From Lama guanicoe (lineage: Eukaryota), in the NCBI GenBank assembly GCA_013239625.1, contig MU053493.1, positions 2,427,793 to 2,491,792 on the forward strand: a stretch of 64,000 nt of DNA. Reading direction: 5' to 3'. The notes beneath the pieces are model-generated. The model saw only the letters and a program-made list of their open reading frames with translations, was not told the DNA's origin and made no database searches. This document shows positions 52,501 to 64,000 of the stretch, piece after piece (the first letter of the stretch is position 1; each line of letters begins with the position of its first letter). The position numbers were made by a program, and so were the translations under genes.

Positions 52501-52789
52501 CACTCCTCTACAGAAGACACTGAACACCTGCAGAGCTGGTCACAGAAGCCTCTGTCCACAACTCCAGTCTCCCTTAACCAACTTCTGGGTCGTTCCCCAA
52601 ACAGTTCTAAGAAAGTCCGCAAAGCAGGTCATGAAGTTAGAGACAGACTTCAAATATCGTGAGGGTGGCAGGAAAATGAGACGATTTTAATAAATGCAGG
52701 AAGTATTGTAAAATGTGGAAGTGTATACAGTTAGCTTTCTGCCTGTCGGGGCTAATCGCCAGAGATGACATTGCACTTCCCCCCTCCAT

Positions 52790-53326
52790 CCCACAGAGAC
52801 CTGCTGGGTCATCCCTGTGCGGTCCCCTCTCCTCGAACGCAGCAGAGGTGATGCTGGGGGTACTTCTGGGACTTGATTCATGATGGAAGGCCAGCCATGG
52901 GAGAAGCCCTGCTGCCCCAAGTGGTCTTCTTTTGGGGGTGGGGGGAGGTAATTAGGCATATTTATTTATTTTAATGGAGGGACTGGGGATTGAACCCAAG
53001 AGCTCGTACATGCTAAGCACACACTCTACCACTGAGCTATACCCCCGCCCCCTAGAGGCCATATTATGAGGAAGTGCACACCAGTCACACAGGGAGAAGC
53101 CTGCAGAGAGATGCCAGGCAGTGCCCAGCAGGCCCAGCCCTGGCTAAAGCCCCAGAGATGCCTGTGAGGAGGCAGTTCAGCCTGGCCTGGTAAAGCACTA
53201 CACAATCTGGCTCTGACACTCTGTGGAAGACCCTACTGAGAACCGCAGACTCACAGGCCCGAGGGAGAGAAGAAACAAGCCACTCAGCTTGGGGGTGGTT
53301 CTGGTTTCTTATTCACCAACAGATAA
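52790..53326 (+). mobile_element. MaLR (MLT1-like) LTR hosting a SINE and an L1
   Basis: gcagcagaggtgatgctgggggtacttctggg...gccatattatgaggaag...cttgggggtggtt...aacagataa[L1]taaaaca. Confidence 0.6.
52928..53051 (-). mobile_element. tRNA-Ala-derived SINE (Vic-1-like)
   Basis: ggaggtaattaggc...ggggattgaaccc...ctctaccactgagctatacccc. Confidence 0.9.
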
Positions 53327-54251
53327 GACCTAAACAAGTATTTCTCCAGTGAAGACACACAAATGGCCAATAGGCACAGGAAAAGAATGCTTAAAATTGT
53401 TACTTATCAGAGAAATTCAAATCAAAACTACAATGAGGTATCACCTCACACTGGTCAGAATGGCCATCATTCAAAAGTCCACAAATGATCAATGCTGGAG
53501 AGAGTGTGGAGAAAAGGGAGCCCTCCTACACTGTTGCTGGGAATGCAGCTTGGTGCAGCTGTTATGGAAAACAGTATGGAGATTCCTCAAAAGACTAAAA
53601 ACAGACTTACCCTATGATCCAGCAATCCCACTCCTGGGCACATATCCAGAGAAGACTCTAATTTGAAAAGGTACATGCACCCCAATGTTCATAGCAGCAC
53701 TGTTTACAATAGCCAAGACATGGAAGCAACCTAAATGTCCATGGACAGATGACTGGATAAAGAAGTTGTAGTATATTTATACAATGGAATACTACTCAGC
53801 TATACAAAAGAATAAAATAATGCTATTTGCAGCAACATGGATGGACCTGGAGATCATCATTCTAAGTGAAATAAGCCAGAAGGAGAAACAAAAAGACCAT
53901 ATGATATCACTTATATGTGGAATCTAAGAAAAAAAAGAAGAAAAAGGACACTATGAACTCATCTACGAAACAGAAACATACTCACAGACATTGTTAACAA
54001 TCTTATGGTTACTGGGGGATATGGGGGGAAGAGATAAATTTAGGAGTTTGAGATTTGCAAACTATATGTAAAAATAAATGAAAAACAAGTTTCTTCTGTA
54101 TAGCACAGGGAGCTGTATTCAATATCTTGTAATAACCTTTAATGAAAAAGAATATGAAAACAAATATATGTCTATATATGCATGACTGGGACATGATGCT
54201 GTACACCAGAAGCTGATACACTGTAACTGACTATACTTCAATTAAAAAAAA
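53327..54251 (+). mobile_element. Young L1, 5'-truncated (ORF2 cysteine-rich C-terminus and 3'UTR)
   Basis: IKTTMRYHLTLVRMAIIQKS...[18 protein letters not shown]...[13 protein letters not shown] aacagataa (53318-53326 / 54252-54260). Confidence 0.94.
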
Positions 54252-54499
54252 AACAGATAATAAAACATTAGCTAACTCAGCTGTGAAAAGCACTGAAACA
54301 GATTTCATGCTATAAGACATGAGAACATAAACCAGAGAGGTTCATAAGCCATTATTGAGTTCTTATGCCTCTTCTTTGAAGGGCAGGCCTCAGAAACGCT
54401 GCTGTATTTCTGGGATCTTTTGAGGGAGAGCAGGTCTGAACACACAGCAAGACTTCACTATCAAGTTGAGTCACATTCAGTCCTGCAGGTTATTTTTGA

Positions 54500-54757
54500 G
54501 TTTTTTGGTTTGTTTGTGTTTGTTTTATTGAAGTAGAGTCGATTTACAATGTTGTGTTAGTTTCTGGTATACAGCATAGTGATCAGTTATACATCTGTAT
54601 ATTCCTTTTCATATTCTTTTTGATTATAGGTTATTACAAGCTGTTGAATACAGTTCCCTGTGCTACACAGTAGGACCTTGTTGTTTATCTATTTTATATG
54701 TAGTAGTTTGTATCTGTAAATCCCGAACTCCCAATGTATCCCCTCAGTAACCATAAG
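54500..54757 (-). mobile_element. L1 3' fragment
   Basis: ttttattgaagtagagtcgatttacaatgttgtg...taggaccttgttgtttatctattttata. Confidence 0.87.
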
Positions 54758-56911
54758 AACCCTGCTGATTATTTCCCTTACGGATTCTAGAATGCTCTAG
54801 GGTCAGAGAGGTATTTGTTCTGTGAGCATAAACGTAGAACTACTTGTTCTATCCTAGATTAGGCAGCAAAGTCTTTTCTTCTTTACTTTCTCTGGAGTTA
54901 AATTTCTTTTTCCAGATTTAAATCTCACTGTATCCCACTCAGAGATGATGATCAGGTGCCCTGGACTCACATTCAACTTTAAAATATAAAACAAAGGTGA
55001 AAGCACAGGCCAGAACAGAAAATACAAACTAACAAAACGCAATTCAAGGATAGTACAATAAAGGCACATCTCAGACCCTGGGGGAAGCGGGTGCTTTGTG
55101 ATGGGAGGTCAACCCCCCGGGGATATCTCATCCTTGACAAGCAGATGTGTGTGGCCGTCACCTCAGCCAAGTCGTTTCTGAGGTTCAAAGCTGCATTTGA
55201 AACAGGCCCTGCAGGATGAATGGTCCCAAGAAAACGGCGGGTGCCCGTGCGAAGAGAGACCCGAGGGAACTCAGGGAACTTCCTATAGCTTTGGGCCTTT
55301 CTTTTGATGTCTGTTTGGCAAGAGAATTACTTTTTAAAGAAACCAACCCACTGTGTTTTGCTAAGTGTACTACACACACCTGTGAGACATTTCCTCCACC
55401 TTTTGGGTTAAAAAAAAATTAACTCTGGATATGAGTTGTTCCCAGATTCCAAGCTGACATCCCTTCTTTGCCATTAAAACCTAATCCAGAGGCTGGAAAC
55501 ACCTGGGGGACGAAGATAGATGGGCCAGGGTCCAGCGTGGCCACCATGTCTCTGCGGAAGAGCAAAGTGTTCTTGTGATGAGTCAGTTTCTCTGGGAATC
55601 AAATTGAACTTGTAATGAAAACACAGAGGACTCTTCATCTATGATGGAGGCCAGTTTTGTTCTACTTGACTTTCTTGTTCAGTTTCTTGTTTTCATCTCC
55701 TCAGGCAGATTTGAAGCCCCGCTCCCCTTTCACCTCCGGTAGGAAGACAGCCAAGCCAAGGCTCAGGGCTTTTTAGGGGCTGGACCAACAGGGTGTATGG
55801 CCCCAGATAAATCTGGAAACCTCACTGGAGTAAATGGAACTGCTAATCGTTAACTCTGCATTTTGCTAACAACAAAAAGTACATGCAACATTGCACCGAG
55901 TACAGCTTTGGACATAGCTCCTACCCTATAGGCTCAAAAATCCAAATTAAAACAAAACAGAGGGACGGAAAGCAAAGCAACTTTCTTCTCTCCCACCTCC
56001 TCCTCCCCTCCCTCAGAATGTACCACAGCGGGGTTGGCCTGTCACACAGTGTGTAGATAAGGATGCGATTCCATGTCCTTCTCCTCTAGGTTTCCCATTT
56101 GTGGCTGTCACCACCCTCACACCAAGCAGCAGTTGAGGGGTGGGGAGGGTGGCCACAGGGACAACGCAAGAAGGGCCTGTTTGTTCTGAGGCTGGTGGGG
56201 GGGCCGTGTCACGGCTTCCAGTCTCTCTGAGGAGAGTGATGGGGCAAGGCGGCCCGCAGAGCCCTGCCAGGTCCCCACTGTGTGCTGTCCAAGTCAGTCA
56301 GACCCTTGGCATCTCCCCCCAGCAGTGACAGCAGTGGGGGCAAACTTCACAGGCAGATGTCAGTCCCAGGACACAATCAGGACTGGCATCGTGGACCGTG
56401 AACAGGCCTGCTGCAGACAGCAGTCAGACACAATGCCCCGGGTTAGGAAAGGAATCCGCCCTATTATGAAACAGGAGAAACCTCAGCAAATCGTTGTCCG
56501 TGCTCTTTCTGAGCTGATGAAATGGCTTTCCGATGAACCCAGAGTGGTTGGCTAGTCCCTCAAAAGCCACGTGAATGAAATTTGCGAAAACTAGCAAAAT
56601 CACCTTTTAAACAAATTTAGAATTAAAAATATTTACTTCTTTGCAAACTTGATCTCAAGCTTTTGAGACAGAAAGTCTAATTTGTACCTTATTTAATGAG
56701 GAATAGCTTCTAAACACTACAACGTAATGCGTTGCTGAATTAATATTACAACTATGAATAAACTTGATGCTTCTAATGGTGTGTGTATATATGCACACAA
56801 ATACGTAAAAAGTCTGATTTTGACATGTGTATCTATGAAATAGGTCCATTTGGAGAAAGAAAGAGTTCATGATTACAAGAAGCAAACAGTAGCAATTAAA
56901 ACCATTTTTAA

Positions 56912-57288
56912 GGGGGGGAGGGTAGAGCTCAGTGGTAGAGTGCATGCTTAGCATGCAGGAAGTCCTGGGTTCAATCCCCAGTCCTTCCATTATATAAATT
57001 AAGTAAATAAATAAATAAACCTAATTACCTCCTTAATTCTTAATATTAGGAAATATTTTATTTGGGGAATAAATAAAACAGAAATAAAATGTTTATTAAG
57101 TAAATAAATGAATAAACCTAGTTACCTCCTTCTCCCAAATAAAATATTTATTAATTAATTAATAAATAATAAACAATAATTTATTTATTAATATTTTATT
57201 TTGGGGAATAAATAAAATATAACTAAAATATTTATTAAGTAAATAAACAAATAAACCTAATTACCTCCTTAAATATTTATTTAAAAAA
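56912..57288 (+). mobile_element. tRNA-Ala-derived SINE with triplicated, rearranged tail
   Basis: Full head at 56912-56990. aataaaccta(a/g)ttacctcctt occurs three times. Confidence 0.9.
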
Positions 57289-58514
57289 ATAACTTTTAAA
57301 GGGTGTTGGATTTTCATTCTCTTCCTCGTTGGAAAGCAGCATTTACTGCTTATCTACCCGTTGCTGGGATGGTACTAGCAACAACCTGACTTGACTGAAG
57401 GATGAAGTCTATGACATAAGGGATCCTTATTTTAAACGGAGGCCCACTCCCCGCGGGCCCACACCTGTACCAGATCCTCATGAGGAACGCTAAGTCGAAG
57501 CCTGGTGACTCCCTGCAGACTCTCAGCAAACCTTCCACTCTGTCCCAGTAAGTGTGCAGCCCCAGGGGTCCCCGGGACCATCTGCTGACGGAGAGGAAGG
57601 CAAACCTCTAGCCTGTGCTGTTCAATCAACACCTGAGAGGGTTTTTTAAGAGTGATTTTGACCTTGTTTGCATTGGTTTGATTGTATTTTGCTCAAGCAC
57701 CGTGTTGCACTTGGAAACTACGGCTGGCTCTGTTATCTTCAGCTTCAATGGAGATAAGAGAACTTATTCCGCCCGCGATGCGGATCCCTAAATCAGATCA
57801 TCTGTGCAAGTTACGTGAGGACTAACTCCTTCTGGAGATGCAGGGTTCACGTCTGTAAATTCTTCCCCAAATACTATGGGCTTTTTTCTCCCATCAGGAA
57901 GAAAGGGTCAACATCCTCCCTGTTGGCTGCATCTCTGATGACCAAGGGTACTTGTTCTTTCAGCCAAAACTTGATACCCCAACTGTCTAACGTGGCAGCC
58001 TTTGGCTATGTGTGACTTTCAGATTCACTTAAATTACCTACAACTAGAAATTCCATTCCTCATACACACTGAAGCTGCATTCCAGGTGACTCCCAGGCAC
58101 GTGGCACCTGCAGCAACCATGCTGAAATGTGCAGAAAAGTCTATTGTGCATCCTGGCTCTCCCTGATAAGAGATGGCTCTGCTCGGGCTCCTGGTTCATA
58201 TGCAACACTTTTACCAGTCCACACTCAACCGTGCGACCAGCCTACAGCCTTCGGAGAATACCGAAATGAGCAAAAATCTCACTGACTGCTGTAGCCCTCC
58301 ATCCCTCTAGAGAATCTGGGGGCAGTGTGAGAACCAGCAGTGCAGTGAGTACCAATCTGAGGAACCAGCACACTTGTTGGAAGCCTGAGATCATCCCAAA
58401 CCATCTCCCAAGTGCTTATATCACACATTTATGAGAACATGATGAAGCTGGAGTAACTAGGATGGTCACAAAATGGAAGAGTGTCAGTTCATTTAAAATT
58501 CTTAAAATGCAATC

Positions 58515-58924
58515 TTTTTTTTTTAAACACCTTTATTGTGGTATGGTTCCTCTATAGTAAACTACACTTATTTCAGATGTATAATTTGATGAATTTTGAT
58601 AGATGTATATACCCATGAAACAACCACCATAATCAAGATAGCTAATATTTCCATCACTCCCCAACAGATGTGAATCAAATTCCCAATTTATCCCTTCCAA
58701 CCTCCTTTAACCCCAGTAACCGTAAGTTTGTTCTCTGTGTCTGTGAGTCTGTTTCTGTTTTACAGATAAGTTCATTTGTGTCCTTTTTTTTAAGATTCCA
58801 CACATAAGCGATATCTTATGGTATTTTTCTCTGGTTTACTTTACTTAGAATGACAATCTCCAGGTTCATCTATGTTGCTGCAAATGGCATTATTTTGTTC
58901 TTTTTTATGGTTGAGTAGTATTCC

Positions 58925-58991
<67 letters not shown>

Positions 58992-59002
58992 CACTTCTTC
59001 TT
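58515..59002 (-). mobile_element. L1 3' end with variant tail
   Basis: poly-T then aaacacctttattgtggtat...ccatcactccccaacagatgtgaatcaaattcccaatttatccc... Flanked by tcagttcatttaaa direct repeats. Confidence 0.88.
58927..58990. repeat. (TG)n(TA)n compound microsatellite inside an L1 3'UTR
   Basis: About 25 perfect TG units followed by TA units. Confidence 0.95.
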
Positions 59003-59462
59003 TCAGTTCATTTAAATTTAAAGTTCATTCAGTTTTTTCCTCACTTTGGTCAGAATTTTCCATGTAACCCATTGGTTTCCTTTGCTGCTTTACTAGGACC
59101 ACACTCTCCACCTAATCATAACTAACTTGAATCTTCCATTAACAGAGGTTCACTGTGTTTATTTCATGAAAGGCAATAACAGACGTGAAAGAATTTAGAC
59201 GATCTGGCTAAATATTTGACTACCGGATGTAAGATGGAAGATTATTTCTTTCAAAAAACAAGTCCTTTGACTTTTTTCATTAAAATTTGCCTGTTTTCCC
59301 TAAAAGTAAAGTATAAGAGTTAAGAGTGGGTTAACTGTGACTTCTCAGGACAATGTAGACTGACCTGATCTCTGTGGGCCTCTGAACTTTCCCAGAACTG
59401 TGAATTCCTTGAAGAAGTCTATATATGCTAAAATCAATACTTCATTTTTAAAAAATTCTTAT

Positions 59463-59645
59463 TTCTTTACTGAAGTGTACTTGATTTCCAATGTTAGTTT
59501 CATGTGTACAGAGAAGTGATTCAGTTATACATACACATACATTTTCTTTTCAGATTTTCCATTATAGCTCCATATAAGAAATTGAATATAGTTCCCTGTA
59601 ATTGGTCCTTGTTGTTTATCTATTTTATATACAGTAATGTGTAAA
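59463..59645 (-). mobile_element. L1 3' fragment
   Basis: tgaagtgtacttgatttccaatg...gtgattcagttatacatac...tccttgttgtttatctattttatatac. Confidence 0.82.
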
Positions 59646-60762
59646 TACTTCCTTTTTATGTCCGATCATTCTGAAATACTTTCACTTTAGAAAACAGGCT
59701 ACCATTCAGTATACAACATAATCTGCTCCTAGAATAGAAATGTGCAATAAAACGGTCTGTAGAGGCTTTCTTAAAGGTGTTCCTACAATTTTGGGGTTCC
59801 ATATCTCTGCATACTTTCTAATTGTGTATATAAGCAGCTGAAATGACAAGCAATCTCCCTTTTGTTTGTAGCAGTTTTCACACTTGCTCGTGTAATATTC
59901 CCTGGACCAGCAGGAGGGCTGATGTGGTGGCAGGGCTGTCTGGGGGCAGGTGTGGGAGAATAAGTGACCTGCACATCAGTGAACACTGATGCCTCCTCCA
60001 GCATCCCCCCAACCCCATACGTATACAAGTGGTTAAAATAGGCCAAGGAGAACATCAAATAGAGTGTTAGTGGGGAAGAAACCTCTAAGAAAGGCAGCAC
60101 AGTGTCTTGAGGCTGGACAGGACTGATGAGAAGCCCCAAGGTGGGTCTGCCCATCCTCCTGCTCTCTGACCCGAGTTCAGAGCCACCTCCCCCTTTCTGG
60201 GTAGTGTCTCCAGGATGCACTGCCCAGGAGCCACCCCAAAGCCAACACCGGGAGGTCAGATTCTCCAGTGCCTTATTTTTCTCTTAAATACTCTCTAATG
60301 CTATATTGATGATTCAATCAGGTCAGTTTTTACGGTGATTTAAAAGCTAAGCCTCAGTACTTCAGGAAACGTCTATCCTAGGAAAAGCCATCTTGTCGTC
60401 ACCACCAGCACCACTCCTCTGACCCGCTGGCACTTTAGGGACAAAACCGTGATGCTAGATGTGCACTTTTCTTCATGCAGTGTGGACCAGTGGATAGTGC
60501 TGACTGAGGTATCAAAGATACCTTCATCTTGTTAGCTACTTTGAAATATGCCAAGTATTGCCTTAAGAAAACGATTCCTCCTCATTATAGAGTTAATTTC
60601 AAAGGCACACAAGCTTTTACTATATTTATTGCTTTCATTGTCCCCATATCTTCAATAATTTCTTTTTCGGTGCAATTTATTGCAACAATTTATTCAACCA
60701 TATCTTTGTACGTTCAGGCTTTTCTGTTTCTTTGTTATTTGTTGTGTCTTCAAAAACAAAGC

Positions 60763-60810
60763 AATAATAATAATAGTATTGTTAGTAATAATAATAATGA
60801 TGATAATGAT
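60763..60810. repeat. Degenerate (AAT)n/(GAT)n trinucleotide repeat
   Basis: aataataataatagtattgttagtaataataataatgatgataatgat. Confidence 0.75.
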
Positions 60811-62564
60811 GGGAACAACAATGCCCTTGTCTGTGATCTGTTGCATCCTTTGCAGGCTGGTGGTCCAGTGCGGTGAGTAAGGAGGTAAAGCCTACAGCTT
60901 CATCACCTGAGTTCAAATCCTCCTAGTGTCGCCGTTGAACCCAGGGCTAGTCATTTCTGCTTTCTGCCTGGTTCCCTTCTCTGCTGATCTTAAAGTGACA
61001 TTAACTGATGGAGACAGGTTCACATCTATAAAGACTTTATCCAATTCATGTTCATCTCCTCTTGCAAAAGTAGCTTCAAACTTGGCCCAGAATTTGGAGA
61101 GATACTTTTCACCTCAATTCAGAAAGTTTGTGGATATTTACTAGTAATTACCCGATACTCAAGTAAATAAAGTTTAAAAAAGTGTTTCTGGACAGTGAAG
61201 AACGATGCCCTTGCGTGATCCCAAGCTAGCCGTACACAGCCCCAGGGCACTGACTAAAGAGACCAAGTGAGCCCCTCACCATCAAGCATCGGGCAGGCGG
61301 AGTCTTCACCACATGCTTTATTTGTTTGTGTTTTGGTTTTGGGGAAGGGGAGATGAGATGTCAGTCAGCTCAAAGCTACCCCACAGAGCAGACCTTGAAC
61401 ATGAAATGACTCTCATGGCCCCGGCCTTTTAGCAGCACTAAAAGACTTCCTGGTAACACTGGGGGATTTCAGAGATATTAATGACCTTTCTAAAATGATC
61501 CTGTGACTTTCATTCTAAATCGTTAGGCAAACGTCTCATTCCACAGACTGCAGAAAACGGGCCACAAGATGACCAGGAGGCACATGATATCATGCATGGA
61601 AGAGGGAACAGCGACCAAAATTAAATCTGTCACTGGGTTTAAGAACAAAATCCCTAAGAGGCTTAGGTGCCTGGATTAACGATGAGGACCAATGTCTCCA
61701 CATGCGGGACAAAGTCCCTCTCTAACTGCACTCCCCCAATTCAGAACCACCGTCCGACTCAGTGTGAGGCCCCCTGGGTGATCAACAAAGGTCAATAAAG
61801 GTTGGCGGAGGGTGATTTTGAGAGTAACTGGAAAAAGTGAAACAGACCCCAGATTTGACCAGCGGGCTGCCTCCTCTCTTGGCCTTGGTGGTGATCTCAC
61901 CACCGTGGAATGCCTTCTAACTCTGGGCTGTGGCCCTCCTACGGCCCCTTTGGAGTCTGCCACTCCCAGGACTTTGAGATGGGAGGAGGACAAACACGCC
62001 TAAAGCATTTAAAGTCTTTTAGCATGGTTGTTTGAAAGAATTGATAAAATTAATAGGGAAAAAAATATGCCTCTATTGAGTTTCAGGGCTATTGTTCCCG
62101 ATAGAAAAGAAAGTCCACTAAATATTCTTTCCACGCTAAAATGCAGAGACCCCTGTTGGGTTGGATACAGCCTGAAGCCCACTGGAAATCTATCTGCTTC
62201 CGACGACGACGGGCAAAGAAATTTAATTTGGAATCTAATAAAGTGAAACATTTCTTTCAAGCTGCGGGCTTGCCTTGGGACTTAGAGTAACGCTGGGTCC
62301 ATTTCCTGCAGCCCCGAAAGCTGGCGGGGGAGGGTCTCAGGGCAGGGCTTGGGGCTCTTCTGTGCACAATGCCTGGGGAATGCAAGGAATGCGCAGTGTT
62401 GTTCTCTGTGTTCCTTCTCACTCACTGTTTATACTTGCATAAGTCACCTATATTTACTCCTCAGTTGAAGATGACTTTTCTATCATGATTTGAGGTATAA
62501 ATTATAAAATAATCTCCAACATTCCTTGCAGCATTACTTCCCTACGTTCCCTCCCACACACAAC

Positions 62565-63413
62565 TTTTTTTTTTAACTGAAGTATGGTCAGTTGACAGTG
62601 TTGTGTCAATTTCTGGTGTACAGAATAATGTTTCAGTCATACATAGGCATATATATATTCCTTTTCATATTCTTTTTATTATAGCTTGATACTGAATATA
62701 GTTCTCTGTGCTATACAGAAGAAATTGTTTATCTATTTTGTATATAGTAGTTAGTATCTAAAAATCTTGAACTCCCAATTTATCCCTTCCCACCCTCTAC
62801 CCCTCCACCCCTGGTAACCATAAGTTTGTTTTCTATGTCTGTTTCTGTTTTGTAAAAAAGTTCATTTGTGCCTTTTTTAGATTCCACATGTAAGTCATAT
62901 CATTTGGCATTTTTCTTTCTCTTTCTGGGTTACTTCACTTAGAATGACAATCTCCAGGTCCATCCAAGTTGCTGCAAATGGCATTATTTTATTCTTTTTT
63001 TACAGCCGAGTAGTATTCCATTGTATAACTATACCACAACTTCTTTATCCAGTCATCTGTTGATGGACATATAGGTTGTTTCCATGTCTTGGTTATTGTA
63101 AATAGTGCTGCTATGAACATTGGGGTGCATGTATCTTCAAATTAGAGTTTTCTCTGGATATGTGACCAAGAGTGGGATTGCTGGATCATACGGTAAGTCT
63201 CTTTTTAGTCTTTTGTGGCATCTCCATACTGTTTCCATAATGGCTGCACCAAACTACATTCCCAGCAACAGTGTAGGAGGGTTCTCTTTTCTCCTCCACA
63301 CCCTCTCCAGCATTGATTGTTCATGGACTTCTGAATGATGGCCATTCTGACCATCTGTAACTCTGATTTGCATTTCTCTGATAATTAGTGATATTGAGCA
63401 TTTTTTCACGTGC
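62565..63413 (-). mobile_element. Young L1, 5'-truncated (ORF2 C-terminus and 3'UTR)
   Basis: poly-T then aactgaagtatggtcagtt...gagtgggattgctggatcatacggtaag...tgcatttctctgataattagtgatattgagc. Confidence 0.92.
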
Positions 63414-64000
63414 GAGGCCATCCTAGTAACTGTTCTCTCCTTGCAGAGAACTTGAAGGGATGCCTTCTACTACAACATGAGGCATGTGCTTGTTCTCTGT
63501 GCTTGATGCTGCACTAAACTCACAACAGGAAAAGTATATTGAACACCTTTTGAAAGAAAGTAATTTCACAAAGAGATGTCTCTCGTGTCTCAGTATCATT
63601 TTATAATAGAGCTGGAGAAACCTTAGAGAACATCTTATCTTGTTCAGTGGTCTCAGCCGATGCTCCCTAGACCATCCGGGGCTTCCAAAAACTGCTCAGC
63701 CCTACATCCAGGTTGGACAAATCTCAGAAGGCTGAGCCTAGACATCTATAATTTTAATAATCCTCTATTTGATTCTACAATAAATGTTAAGAACCTCTGT
63801 TTCCCTATGCCCTTTTCTAACAGAGAAACTCTAACCCAGGTGCATCCAAGACAGGAGTGGCAGAGCTGGGCAGAACTTAACCCAACAATCAAAATAGCTT
63901 ACTACTCCTCTGTAATTTACATTCACTAAACGCTAAACTCGACAAGGGAGAACAAACATTTATATCGTCTTCAGCTACTGCACTGTAACATCTTAGGCTG

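Noticed and set aside
52156..52690. 168-aa and 139-aa plus-strand ORFs
   Set aside because: No recognisable homology. The longer one starts at GTG, and overlapping frames suggest chance.
15879..56990. tRNA-Ala(AGC) genes
   Set aside because: Each has an extra G-rich 5' leader, the shared SINE tail and often a TSD, with scattered stem mutations. They are retroposed SINEs.
1..64000. Prokaryote-type systems (CRISPR arrays, operons, defence islands) or intact viral/transposase genes
   Set aside because: The window is intron and intergenic mammalian DNA. No repeat-spacer arrays or long intact ORFs were seen.

Overview
Mammalian genomic DNA, most likely camelid, judging by about 17 copies of a tRNA-Ala(AGC)-derived SINE resembling camelid Vic-1 and by lineage-specific L1 3' ends. 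The only protein-coding sequence I can support is the first coding exon of TJP1 (ZO-1). It lies on the minus strand (MSARAAAAK, 12504->12478, donor AAG|GTGAGC) inside a CpG island at about 12.05-13.4 kb. Bases 1-12477 are TJP1 intron 1; exon 2 was not seen in the window. This intron holds a processed RPS20 pseudogene and only old repeats. Bases ~15.5-64 kb are upstream sequence dense in SINEs, L1 fragments, MaLR LTRs, one ERV1-type solo LTR and DNA-transposon fossils. Nearly all ORFs in the supplied track are spurious or repeat-derived. I found no convincing new biological system. The best leads are two candidate alternative phase-0 first exons for TJP1, a recurrent L1 variant with a swapped 3' tail, SINE/L1 chimeric and fold-back structures, palindromic ETS-like promoter elements, and a sharp lack of young insertions in intron 1. 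Repeat family names come from my recollection of consensus sequences, and boundaries are approximate unless a target-site duplication (TSD) is given.
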